Assembly (NCBI GenBank): GCA_904424815.1
Contig: CAJGBI010000001.1
Coordinates: 391,010 to 423,009, forward strand
Direction: 5' to 3'
Length of the DNA stretch: 32,000 bases
Origin: Puniceicoccaceae bacterium Marseille-Q1082
GTDB taxonomy: Bacteria > Verrucomicrobiota > Verrucomicrobiia > Opitutales > Intestinicryptomonadaceae
Shown: positions 1 through 7,512 of the stretch, piece after piece
Numbering within the stretch: the stretch's first letter is position 1
Layout: every line of letters starts with the position of its first letter
The notes under the pieces: generated by a model
Databases searched by the model: none
Told to the model about the DNA's origin: nothing
Seen by the model: only the letters and a program-made list of their open reading frames with translations
Program-made: the position numbers and the translations under genes

Positions 1-1026
1 TATGTTTGAAAACTTCATTTCGGCGAGCTCCTGCTCCGATATGTCGGCGGCGCCGCAGAGCACCCATATGGGCTTCTTGTGCTTTTCCGCCATTTTGGCG
101 AGAAGGTAGGGGCCCTTGCCCTGGGCGTCGGTCTTGTCGAATTTCCCCTCGCCGGTGACGAGCACGCTGCACGCCTTTACGTGCCTGTCGAGGTCGGCAT
201 ATTTTGCGAATAGCTCGAAGCCGCTGACGCGCCTGGCGCCGAGGAAATTTATGAGCCCGTACCCGCAGCCGCCCGCGGAGCCCGAACCCGGGGCGTCGTG
301 CAGGCTTTTGCCGAGGCACTTTTGGGAGACTTCCGTAAGCCGCTTCATGTTGGCTTCGAGCTCCCGCGCCTCCTCGTCGGTCGCGCCCTTCTGCCGCGAA
401 AATTGCAGCGCGGCCCCATGCTCGCCCAGCAGCGGCGTCGCCACGTCGGTCGCCGCCACGAATTTTGCGGGGAGCGGCTTTTCGGGCGGAATTATTTCAG
501 CGAGCTTTGCCAGCCCGCGCCCGTTTGGCTCTATCGGCTGGCCTTTGTCGTCGAGAAATTGGAAGCCGAGCGGTATCAGCAATCCTATGCCGCCGTCGTT
601 TGTCGCGCTTCCGCCGACCCCCACTATGATTGTCTTGTACCCCCTCTCGACGAGTTTCGCGAGTATGTTGCCAGATCCTATGTTGGTGAGGGTGGCGGGA
701 TTTCTGTCAGCCTCGGATATGAGGTTGATACCGGAGGCCTCCGTCAGGCCCACGAGGGCGGTGTCGTCGTCGAGCAGCGCGCATTTGGCGGTCAGCGTCT
801 GTCCGGTGGGGTCTATGGTTTTGAGCCTTATGACCTTTGCGCCCTCTTTTACCTTTGCAACGGTATCCACAAAACTGTCGCCGCCGTCGGTTAGCGAAAA
901 TTCCGTGACCGATGCGTCGGGCAGGGCAGAGAGTATGCCCATTTTTATCGCGTGCGAAGCCTGCGCCGCAGATAGCGACCCCCTAAATTTGTCCGGTGCA
1001 ACCAAGAAATTCAAACTCTTTTTCAT
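1..1026 (-). CDS. Glycerate kinase (partial; C-terminus lies beyond the left edge of the window)
   Basis: Absent from the ORF track because it has no stop inside the window. My own reverse-complement translation from the ATG at 1026-1024 reads MKKSLNFLVAPDKFRGSLSAAQ ... GVGGSATNDGGIGLL ... VLVTGEGKFDKTDAQGKGP. The frame stays open to base 1 (342 codons). These blocks match the hallmark motifs of the glycerate kinase family as I remember E. coli GlxK/GarK (APDS.KESLSA, GGSATNDGG, ITGEGR.D.Q...GK.P). The 318-aa plus ORF 116..1072 is its low-complexity antisense shadow. Confidence 0.85.
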   Translation of the reverse strand, partial: MKKSLNFLVAPDKFRGSLSAAQASHAIKMGILSALPDASVTEFSLTDGGDSFVDTVAKVKEGAKVIRLKTIDPTGQTLTAKCALLDDDTALVGLTEASGINLISEADRNPATLTNIGSGNILAKLVERGYKTIIVGVGGSATNDGGIGLLIPLGFQFLDDKGQPIEPNGRGLAKLAEIIPPEKPLPAKFVAATDVATPLLGEHGAALQFSRQKGATDEEARELEANMKRLTEVSQKCLGKSLHDAPGSGSAGGCGYGLINFLGARRVSGFELFAKYADLDRHVKACSVLVTGEGKFDKTDAQGKGPYLLAKMAEKHKKPIWVLCGAADISEQELAEMKFSNI

Positions 1027-1202
1027 AGCGGTATTGTATATATATGAAATATGCTATTATCATCGACTCTAAAAGAAAACGAACAAAATACAATGTTTAT
1101 TTTTTTCTAAATTTTTCTTCGATTGTTTGGATTTCCTTTTTGTTTTAAATGAAATCAAAAAAAACTTGAAAATAAAACAAAATAAAACAAATATGCTTTC
1201 AT
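1027..1202. promoter_or_regulatory. AT-rich divergent intergenic region between glycerate kinase (-) and rhaA (+); presumed divergent promoters
   Basis: 176 bp of strongly AT-rich DNA between two divergently oriented start codons in an otherwise GC-rich window. It contains an A8 run (about 1156-1164) and a tandem direct repeat aataaaacaa x2 at 1171-1190. No specific -35/-10 boxes or operator could be assigned with confidence. Confidence 0.35.
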
Positions 1203-2453
1203 ATGGCATCGACTTACAATACGGCAAAACAGATTTACGCCGATTTCGGGGTGGACACCGAAAAGGCTATGAAGATTCTCGACGAAATCCCGCTTTCCAT
1301 GCACTGCTGGCAGGGCGACGACGTCTGCGGATTTGAAACCCCCGACGCGACGCTCGGCTGCGGGGGAATCCAGACTACGGGCAACTTCCCCGGCAAGGCG
1401 CGCAATGTCGGGGAGCTTAGGGACGACATCGCCGAGGCGATGAAATACATACCCGGCAAGACGCGCCTGAACCTCCACGCCATTTACGGTGAGTTCGGCG
1501 GCAAAAAGGTCGACAGGGACGAAATTTCCTTTGAGCACTTCAAGGGGTGGGCCGACTGGTGCAAATCCCGCAAAATGGGAATGGACTTCAACCCGACGTT
1601 CTTCTCCCACCCGCTCGCGGCGGACGGCTTTACCCTTTCGAGCGCCGACAAATCCACGCGCAAATTCTGGATACGCCACGGCGTCGCCTGCCGCAAAATC
1701 GCCGAGAAAATCGGAAAGACCCTCTCCGACACTGTTATCACCAACTTCTGGATGCCCGACGGAATGAAGGATTTCCCCGCCGACAGGCTCGGGCCCCGCG
1801 AGCGCATGGCGGCGTCCCTCGACGAAATATTCTCCGTCAAGATAGCGCGCAAATACGACCGCGACGCCGTGGAGTGCAAGCTCTTCGGCATAGGCAGCGA
1901 AAGCTATGTCGTGGGCTCGCACGAATTTTTCATGGGATACGCCGTCAAGAACGGCCTGATTCTCACGCTCGACTCCGGCCACTTCCACCCGACGGAAACA
2001 ATAGCCGACAAGATTTCCTCAACACTCATGTTCGTTCCGGAGCTTCTGCTGCACGTCTCGCGCGGGGTGAGATGGGACAGCGACCACGTCGTCGTATCCG
2101 ACGACCCGACTGTTGCGGCAATGCGCGAGGTCGTCCGCTGCGGCGCGCTCGGAAGGGTGCACATAGGCATGGACTTCTTTGACGCGAGCATAAACAGGAT
2201 TTTCGCGTGGGCAGTCGGAATGAGGGCGGCGCGCAAGAGCCTGCTCCTCGCCCTCCTCGACCCGATTTCCATGCTGCGCGACGCCGAGAAGCGCGGCGAC
2301 TACGGCGCGCGCCTCGCGCTGCTCGAAGAGGCGCAAAACCTGCCTTCCGGCGACGTATGGGCGGAATACTGCGCCCGCGCGGGCGTTCCGTGCGGCGTTA
2401 AAATGCTCGACTCCGTAAAAAAGTACGAGCGCGACGTAATCCTCCGGCGCTGA
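1203..2453 (+). CDS. rhaA: L-rhamnose isomerase
   Basis: The 416-aa ORF starts at an ATG. It is near-colinear with E. coli RhaA (419 aa) as I remember it: PLSMHCWQGDDVCGFE, GGIQTTGNFPGKARN, LNLHAIY, LDSGHFHPTE, LLLHVSRGVRWDSDHVV, DFFDASINRI, GDYGARLALLEE. Confidence 0.95.
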   Translation: MASTYNTAKQIYADFGVDTEKAMKILDEIPLSMHCWQGDDVCGFETPDATLGCGGIQTTGNFPGKARNVGELRDDIAEAMKYIPGKTRLNLHAIYGEFGGKKVDRDEISFEHFKGWADWCKSRKMGMDFNPTFFSHPLAADGFTLSSADKSTRKFWIRHGVACRKIAEKIGKTLSDTVITNFWMPDGMKDFPADRLGPRERMAASLDEIFSVKIARKYDRDAVECKLFGIGSESYVVGSHEFFMGYAVKNGLILTLDSGHFHPTETIADKISSTLMFVPELLLHVSRGVRWDSDHVVVSDDPTVAAMREVVRCGALGRVHIGMDFFDASINRIFAWAVGMRAARKSLLLALLDPISMLRDAEKRGDYGARLALLEEAQNLPSGDVWAEYCARAGVPCGVKMLDSVKKYERDVILRR

Positions 2454-2459
2454 TTCCCC

Positions 2460-3521
2460 ATGAACCCGCTTTTAGGAGTATTTCTGCACGGCGTGGGCGG
2501 ATTCGCCTCCGCGTCGTTTTACGTGCCCATCAAATTCGTCAGGAAGTGGCGGTGGGAGGTGGCGTGGATTGTCATGGGAATCGTGGCGTGGCTCGTCACG
2601 CCGATGGTTGTTGCGACAATCACAATACCCACGTGGCCCGAGGCCATAGCGCGCACCGACGCGCGCGTGCTGCTTCTGACCGCGCTGTTCGGCGGAATGT
2701 GGGGCTTTGGCAACGTCGCATACGGGCTCACGATGCGCTACCTCGGGCTCGGGCTCGGGGTGGCGGTCGCGCTCGGGACATGCGCGATATTCGGCACCCT
2801 GATTCCGCCGATAGTTTCGGGAACTTTCTCGGGCATATTTTCCACCGTGGGCGGGCTCGTAGTGATGACGGGTGTCGTGATAGGCGCGCTGGGAATCGCG
2901 ATAAACGGGGTCGCGGGGGTGATGAAGGAGCGCGAGTGCGCCAATGCGGATTCGCTGCCGGAGTTCGACATCAAAAAGGGGCTTGCCGTCGCCGTGGTGT
3001 CTGGGCTTTTCAGCGCGGGGTTCGCGTTTTCCCTCGCGATGGGCTCCCCCATCGCGGAGGTCGCGAAGTCCATCGCCGTCGACACCGGCGCGCGCGCTCC
3101 CGAATCCGCCGACTTTTTCAAGAATAACTCGACGCTCGTCGTCACCCTTTGGGGAGGGTTTGTAAGCAACCTTTTGATTTGCGGGTATATGCTCGCAAAG
3201 AACAGGAGCGCGGGCGACTTGGTTTCGGCCGGCGCGCGCCTTGGTTTTTCAAACTTCCTGCTCTGCGCAATGGCGGGCGTGTGCTGGTACGGCCAGTTTT
3301 TCTTCTACGGAATGGGCACCACGCAGCTCGGGAAGGATTACGAGTTTTCGAGCTGGTCGCTGCACATGTCATTCATCATAATTTTCGCGGCGTTGTGGGG
3401 GCTCGCGCTGCGCGAGTGGAAGGGCACGAGCGCCCTCACGAGAACGGTGCTGTGGCTCGGCATTCTGGTTTTGATATCATCGACTTTCGTGATAGGCCTC
3501 GGCAACGCCTTCGGCGGGTAG
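2460..3521 (+). CDS. rhaT: L-rhamnose/proton symporter
   Basis: The 353-aa polytopic membrane ORF lies 6 nt after rhaA. It matches E. coli RhaT blocks: FYVPIKFVRKWRWE (E. coli FYAPFKKVKKWSWE), MWGFGNVAYGLTMRYLG, EFDIKKGL, WYGQFFFY, SWSLHMSF. Confidence 0.9.
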   Translation: MNPLLGVFLHGVGGFASASFYVPIKFVRKWRWEVAWIVMGIVAWLVTPMVVATITIPTWPEAIARTDARVLLLTALFGGMWGFGNVAYGLTMRYLGLGLGVAVALGTCAIFGTLIPPIVSGTFSGIFSTVGGLVVMTGVVIGALGIAINGVAGVMKERECANADSLPEFDIKKGLAVAVVSGLFSAGFAFSLAMGSPIAEVAKSIAVDTGARAPESADFFKNNSTLVVTLWGGFVSNLLICGYMLAKNRSAGDLVSAGARLGFSNFLLCAMAGVCWYGQFFFYGMGTTQLGKDYEFSSWSLHMSFIIIFAALWGLALREWKGTSALTRTVLWLGILVLISSTFVIGLGNAFGG

Positions 3522-3555
3522 GGCGCTTTCGATTCCGCCTTTCGCAGGAAGGGCG

Positions 3556-3597
3556 AAAAAAACCTCCGTACCTTGCGCTCCGGAGGTTTTTTTATTT
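3556..3597. terminator. Bidirectional rho-independent terminator between convergent rhaT (+) and the 837-aa lipoprotein gene (-)
   Basis: A7 (3556-3562), GC-rich stem CCTCCG (3563-3568), 12-nt loop, CGGAGG (3581-3586), then T7 (3587-3593) followed by ATTTT. An A-run on one side and a T-run on the other give a U-tail on either strand. It lies 35 nt after the rhaT stop and 36 nt after the minus-strand stop at 3633-3635. Confidence 0.75.
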
Positions 3598-3632
3598 TCG
3601 TATTCATGCCCGCCGAATGGCAGGGCCGCGCG

Positions 3633-6146
3633 CTATTCGTATATGAGCGTTGCCGTGATTTTGCAGGGCTTGGAGGATTTGAACCTTATCCAATATCCTT
3701 TAAGGTCGTCCCCGAATTCTTTGACGAGCTCTTTCCCCTTTTCCAGCCGGACCGCGCCGTATTTCACCCAGAGCCCCGTGCCGTCGACGTCCACTTCGAT
3801 GTCCAGCTCGGTGTCGGAGTCTGCGAGCGCTTTGAGGGTTTTTTTGTCGTATCCCGTCAGCAGGTACGGGTCGGAGGTTTCGCCTTTCGCGACGCTTGCG
3901 CCGTGCCACGGGCTTCCGATTCCCACGGGCTTGCCGAGCTTCCAGAGGTCGTCTATTACGCCCGCCCACAGCGCGAATTTCCCGTCTTCGGAGACTATTA
4001 TGCGCGGGTTGCCGAGGGATTTCGCGCCTTCGGAAATTCCGCTGAAAAGCATCATTCCGCGGTACGAGCAGAAGTCGAAGATTTTGAGGTTGTGCGAGGC
4101 AATCGGGCGGATTTTCGCAAAGCCCTGCGCATTGACGGCGGGGAGCTCGTAAAAGGTTCCCGCGCAGTTGAGGAGGTCGCGCTCAGTTGCGACCTCCCGC
4201 GCGAGGCGAGGCGTCCCGAACGCGCTCTTTCCGTCGTAGAGGGGGTTGCGCGGCAGCCTGTACCGCCTGCCTGCCTCGACGACGAGGACGGAGTCCGAAT
4301 CGTAGGTTATCCCCTTCGGATCGAACGCCGCAGCCTTGACTTTTTCGGCGTCTATTCCGCCGTCTTTTGCGAGCCTCATTTTCCCGTCGAGCGAATACGC
4401 GCCGAGGGCGGAAATTTTTTTGCCGCCGCTTTCCCATGCGTACGCGCCGAGCTTTGCGGATTTCCTTTCGAGCGACCGCAGCAGGGCGGCGGTGCCGGCT
4501 TCCGGAGAGCCCGCGCGCATCACGCCGTCGAATATCGGCGAAATTTCCGCCCCGCGCGCGTCGGGATTGGAGAAGTGGAAGTGCGCGGTAAACGATTTCG
4601 CGTCGGAGAGCGGGCGGACTTTTATCCATTCGGCGGCGGGAAGCTTTACGAACTTTGAGCCGTTCGCGGGCAGCTCGACGGTTTCAAACGCCTCGAATTT
4701 CCCCCTGCCGTCAGATTTCAGCAGCTCGACTTTCAGGGGGGCGGGGGTCTTGTGGTCGAGCGCAAGCACGCCGCTCTTGAAGCCGCCCGACAACATCGGG
4801 TCGGAGAGGGTGCCGCCCTTTATGTCCTCGCGCAAAAACACGCTACCGCGCCCGAGAGCCGGTCCGAGCCTGTCTATGTCGGGCTCTTTCACGAACCACA
4901 GGTTTGAATTTGAGTTGAGCGGCGAGACGTTTTCGCCTTTCAAGCCCCTCTTATTGAAAAATTCCTTTTGAGCGGAGTCGTCGCAGCCGAACACCACGGC
5001 GCCCTGCCAGCGGCAGAAGTCGCCTATGACTTTCAGGTACGAGGAGCGCATGCGGATTCCGGAAAAATCGGCTTTCGAGAAGGCCGGCGGGAATTTCCAG
5101 AACGCCCCGTGCATTGTCATAAGGTAGTCCTTTTCTCCGATCTCGCGTATGCGCGGCCACTCGGTGTTCCAGCCGTGCGAGCCGTCGTAGGAGTGGCTCG
5201 TCTTGGGTAGGCGGAAGGACGACCATTCGCCGCCGTCGTTGAGCATGAGGATTACGGACTTCGGATCCCAGCCGAGCGCCCAAATCGGGGCTTTCGACGG
5301 GTCGGAGGCGCCGCGGATTCCGCCGGGGCCCGTGATTTCCGTGAACTGGCAGATTCTTATGGGCGTCCAGTCGGCGTCGCACGGCTTCCATTCGGCGAGG
5401 GCGCCGGACTTTATCGTTGGATCGCTTTCAACGCGCGGGTGGCGCACGCCGTTGTTGGAGTAAAACGCCTTTCCGAAGCCCGAGTAGAAGCCCTTGCCGT
5501 GGTATCCGTGCAGTTTGGACTTTTGCGGAAGTTTTGCGCTCGCGCCTCCATTTCCCGGGTGCTCGTTGAGGTTGCCGTCGCGTATGATTTCCCTTACTTC
5601 GAGGGTTTTTGCGTCGACCTCGTAAAGGCCCTCCTCCATGGTGGCGAAGTAGATTTTGCCCGAGGGATCCCCTATGTGGCGGGCGTTGCCCGTCAGCCTT
5701 CCGGGCATCTTGCCGCGCGGTATGGCGCGCACGTTGCCATTTGAGTCTATCGCGTAGCAGCCTATGAAGAGCTGGCCGGTTTCGCCGTGTATCATCCTGT
5801 TGGCGTGCGTACCGCCGAGGCTTTCGGGGCGGGTTTTCCTCTCGAGGTCCGGGGGTATTTCGTAGAGCTTGTCGGACGACCCGAATACGCAGTGCGGCCC
5901 GTAGGTCATAACCCAGAGCTTTCCGGCCCACGGCACGACAGCGCCTGTTCCGCATTCGCCCTCGTTGTTCCAGTACGCCAGGTGCGGGTAGACGCCCGAT
6001 ATGCAGGGCTTGTCCGATTTTATCGGGGGCTCTTCGGAGCGGCGGGTTTCCGCAGCTCCGTCCGGGCTCGCCGCGCACGCGGAGAGCAGGGCGGCGGCAA
6101 GCAGGGAGGCGGGCGCGAATTTTTGCATTTTGTTTTTCCTCGTCAT
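3633..6146 (-). CDS. Large secreted lipoprotein of unknown function (837 aa)
   Basis: This is the only long uninterrupted ORF across this span. The N-terminus MTRKNKMQKFAPASLLAAALLSAC has a hydrophobic core plus an L-S-A-C lipobox (signal peptidase II type). The composition is non-low-complexity and globular (YPHLAYWNNEGECGTGAVVPWAGKLWVMTYGPH, SHSYDGSHGWNTEWPRIREIG). I recognise no characterised family. The start could be M1 (6146) or M7 (6128). Confidence 0.8.
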   Translation of the reverse strand: MTRKNKMQKFAPASLLAAALLSACAASPDGAAETRRSEEPPIKSDKPCISGVYPHLAYWNNEGECGTGAVVPWAGKLWVMTYGPHCVFGSSDKLYEIPPDLERKTRPESLGGTHANRMIHGETGQLFIGCYAIDSNGNVRAIPRGKMPGRLTGNARHIGDPSGKIYFATMEEGLYEVDAKTLEVREIIRDGNLNEHPGNGGASAKLPQKSKLHGYHGKGFYSGFGKAFYSNNGVRHPRVESDPTIKSGALAEWKPCDADWTPIRICQFTEITGPGGIRGASDPSKAPIWALGWDPKSVILMLNDGGEWSSFRLPKTSHSYDGSHGWNTEWPRIREIGEKDYLMTMHGAFWKFPPAFSKADFSGIRMRSSYLKVIGDFCRWQGAVVFGCDDSAQKEFFNKRGLKGENVSPLNSNSNLWFVKEPDIDRLGPALGRGSVFLREDIKGGTLSDPMLSGGFKSGVLALDHKTPAPLKVELLKSDGRGKFEAFETVELPANGSKFVKLPAAEWIKVRPLSDAKSFTAHFHFSNPDARGAEISPIFDGVMRAGSPEAGTAALLRSLERKSAKLGAYAWESGGKKISALGAYSLDGKMRLAKDGGIDAEKVKAAAFDPKGITYDSDSVLVVEAGRRYRLPRNPLYDGKSAFGTPRLAREVATERDLLNCAGTFYELPAVNAQGFAKIRPIASHNLKIFDFCSYRGMMLFSGISEGAKSLGNPRIIVSEDGKFALWAGVIDDLWKLGKPVGIGSPWHGASVAKGETSDPYLLTGYDKKTLKALADSDTELDIEVDVDGTGLWVKYGAVRLEKGKELVKEFGDDLKGYWIRFKSSKPCKITATLIYE

Positions 6147-6213
6147 AGCCGTATATTTTTTTGAAATTAAAACGCGGCAGGGTTGAATAAAATATGCGCA
6201 GGCAGGCGAAAGT

Positions 6214-6714
6214 CTACGGTTTTTTGCGGCGCATGTTGAGCAGCTTTTTTCTGAGCTTCGGGCGGTCTTCCACCGCCACTATGTAGCCGACGCATTCGGG
6301 GAAGCCGCACCTGCACGGATGGTCCAAAAAGTGCTCGAAGGCGTAGCCGTAGTTGTAGAGGATTTCCTCGCCCTTTTTTATGTCGCGCGTGGCGTAGATG
6401 TATATGCGGCCGTCCTCGCTGACGGATTCGCTGTTGGTGCGGCAGGCGTGGTTTATCAGGCGCGCGTCGTTGTACTCGAAGTTTCCGTCGATGTCCCACT
6501 CGTCGTCAAGCTCGAATATGTAGACCGCGCCCTCTCCCGTCTTATTCGCGAATTCCTCGCGCTCGAGCCCCCTGCGGTTGGATTCCTCCTTGCTGATCTT
6601 TTCTCCGAGGTATTCCATTATGCGCTCGCCGTTTTTTATGTCGCGCGCGGCGAACACCCCGTCGCCGTGTATTGGCGACTTGCGTATCTCGTAGGCCTTT
6701 GCGCGGCGCGTCAT
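6214..6714 (-). CDS. SET-domain protein (putative protein-lysine N-methyltransferase), 166 aa
   Basis: SET hallmarks are present: IHGDGVFAARDIKNGERIMEYLGEKI, the NH.C block LINHACRTN, the ELxY-type block GEEILYNYGY, and a post-SET Cys cluster CRCGFPEC. The track ORF (6214..6879) extends upstream into panB in another frame. I place the start at the internal ATG at 6714-6712 (MTRRAKAYEIRKSPIHG...), which overlaps the panB TGA (6713-6711) as ATGA. Confidence 0.85.
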   Translation of the reverse strand: MTRRAKAYEIRKSPIHGDGVFAARDIKNGERIMEYLGEKISKEESNRRGLEREEFANKTGEGAVYIFELDDEWDIDGNFEYNDARLINHACRTNSESVSEDGRIYIYATRDIKKGEEILYNYGYAFEHFLDHPCRCGFPECVGYIVAVEDRPKLRKKLLNMRRKKP

Positions 6715-7499
6715 TTCGCCTCCCTCGGCGTTGGGAACGCGCCGGAGCGCACGTCCGCTACGTATTCGGAGTACGCCCTTGAAATTTCCGCCGTCAAGTC
6801 GGCGTACTTTTTCGCGAAGCTCGGGGTGAAAGACGACAGCCCGAGTATGTCCGTGCAGACGAGAACCTGCCCGTCGCACGCGGGGCCCGAGCCTATGCCT
6901 ATCGTGGGGACGGATAGCGCCTTAGTGACGGCCTCTGCGGCGGAGTCGTCCACCATTTCCAGCAGGACTGCGAACGCGCCCGCCTCTTCGAGCGCCTTTG
7001 CGTCCGCTACGAGCGCGGCGCGCTCTTCGGGCGTCTTGCCGAATTTGCGGTATCCGCCGAGCTTGAAAACCTGCTGGGGGCGCAGCCCTATGTGCCCCAT
7101 TACGGCTATTCCGGCGGACGCGAGCCCCGCGACCTTTTCGGCGATTTCCGCGCCGCCCTCTATCTTAACGGCTTCGGCGCCCGCCTTTTGGTAGAGCGCG
7201 CGGCAGTCGTCCAACAGCCTGTCGAAGGACATTCCGGCGCAGCCGAACGGAATGTCGGCGAGCACCATCGCGTCGGGGTTCGCGCGGGCGACGGCGGCGG
7301 TGTGGTGCGCCATCATTTCGAGCGTCACGGGAACCGTGGAATCGAAGCCCATGAAAGTGTTGCCGAGCGAGTCGCCGACGAGGATTATGTCCGCGCCCGC
7401 GGCGTCCGCCAGGCGCGCGAAAAGGGCGTCGTAGGCCGTTATCATCGCGACCTTCGAGACGCCCTTCATCTTGGCTATGCTTTTTGTCGTCCTTTTCAT
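6711..7499 (-). CDS. panB: 3-methyl-2-oxobutanoate hydroxymethyltransferase (pantothenate biosynthesis)
   Basis: The 262-aa ORF is colinear with E. coli PanB blocks: ITAYDALFA, LVGDSLGNT, DSTVPVT, HTAAVAR, KIEGG, GHIGLRPQ, GGY, PTIGIGSGPACDGQVLV. Confidence 0.95.
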   Translation of the reverse strand: MKRTTKSIAKMKGVSKVAMITAYDALFARLADAAGADIILVGDSLGNTFMGFDSTVPVTLEMMAHHTAAVARANPDAMVLADIPFGCAGMSFDRLLDDCRALYQKAGAEAVKIEGGAEIAEKVAGLASAGIAVMGHIGLRPQQVFKLGGYRKFGKTPEERAALVADAKALEEAGAFAVLLEMVDDSAAEAVTKALSVPTIGIGSGPACDGQVLVCTDILGLSSFTPSFAKKYADLTAEISRAYSEYVADVRSGAFPTPREAK

Positions 7500-7512
7500 T
7501 TTTTCGGAATTT

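Noticed and set aside
116-1072. 318-aa and 198-aa plus-strand ORFs at the left end
   Set aside because: They are Ser/Pro/Ala-rich or Arg-rich low-complexity sequences lying antisense to the clearly recognisable glycerate kinase frame on the minus strand.
3573-4658. 361-aa plus-strand ORF opposite the 837-aa lipoprotein gene
   Set aside because: It begins inside the bidirectional terminator and is Arg/Phe/Val-rich. The opposite strand holds a single 837-aa ORF with a proper lipoprotein signal.
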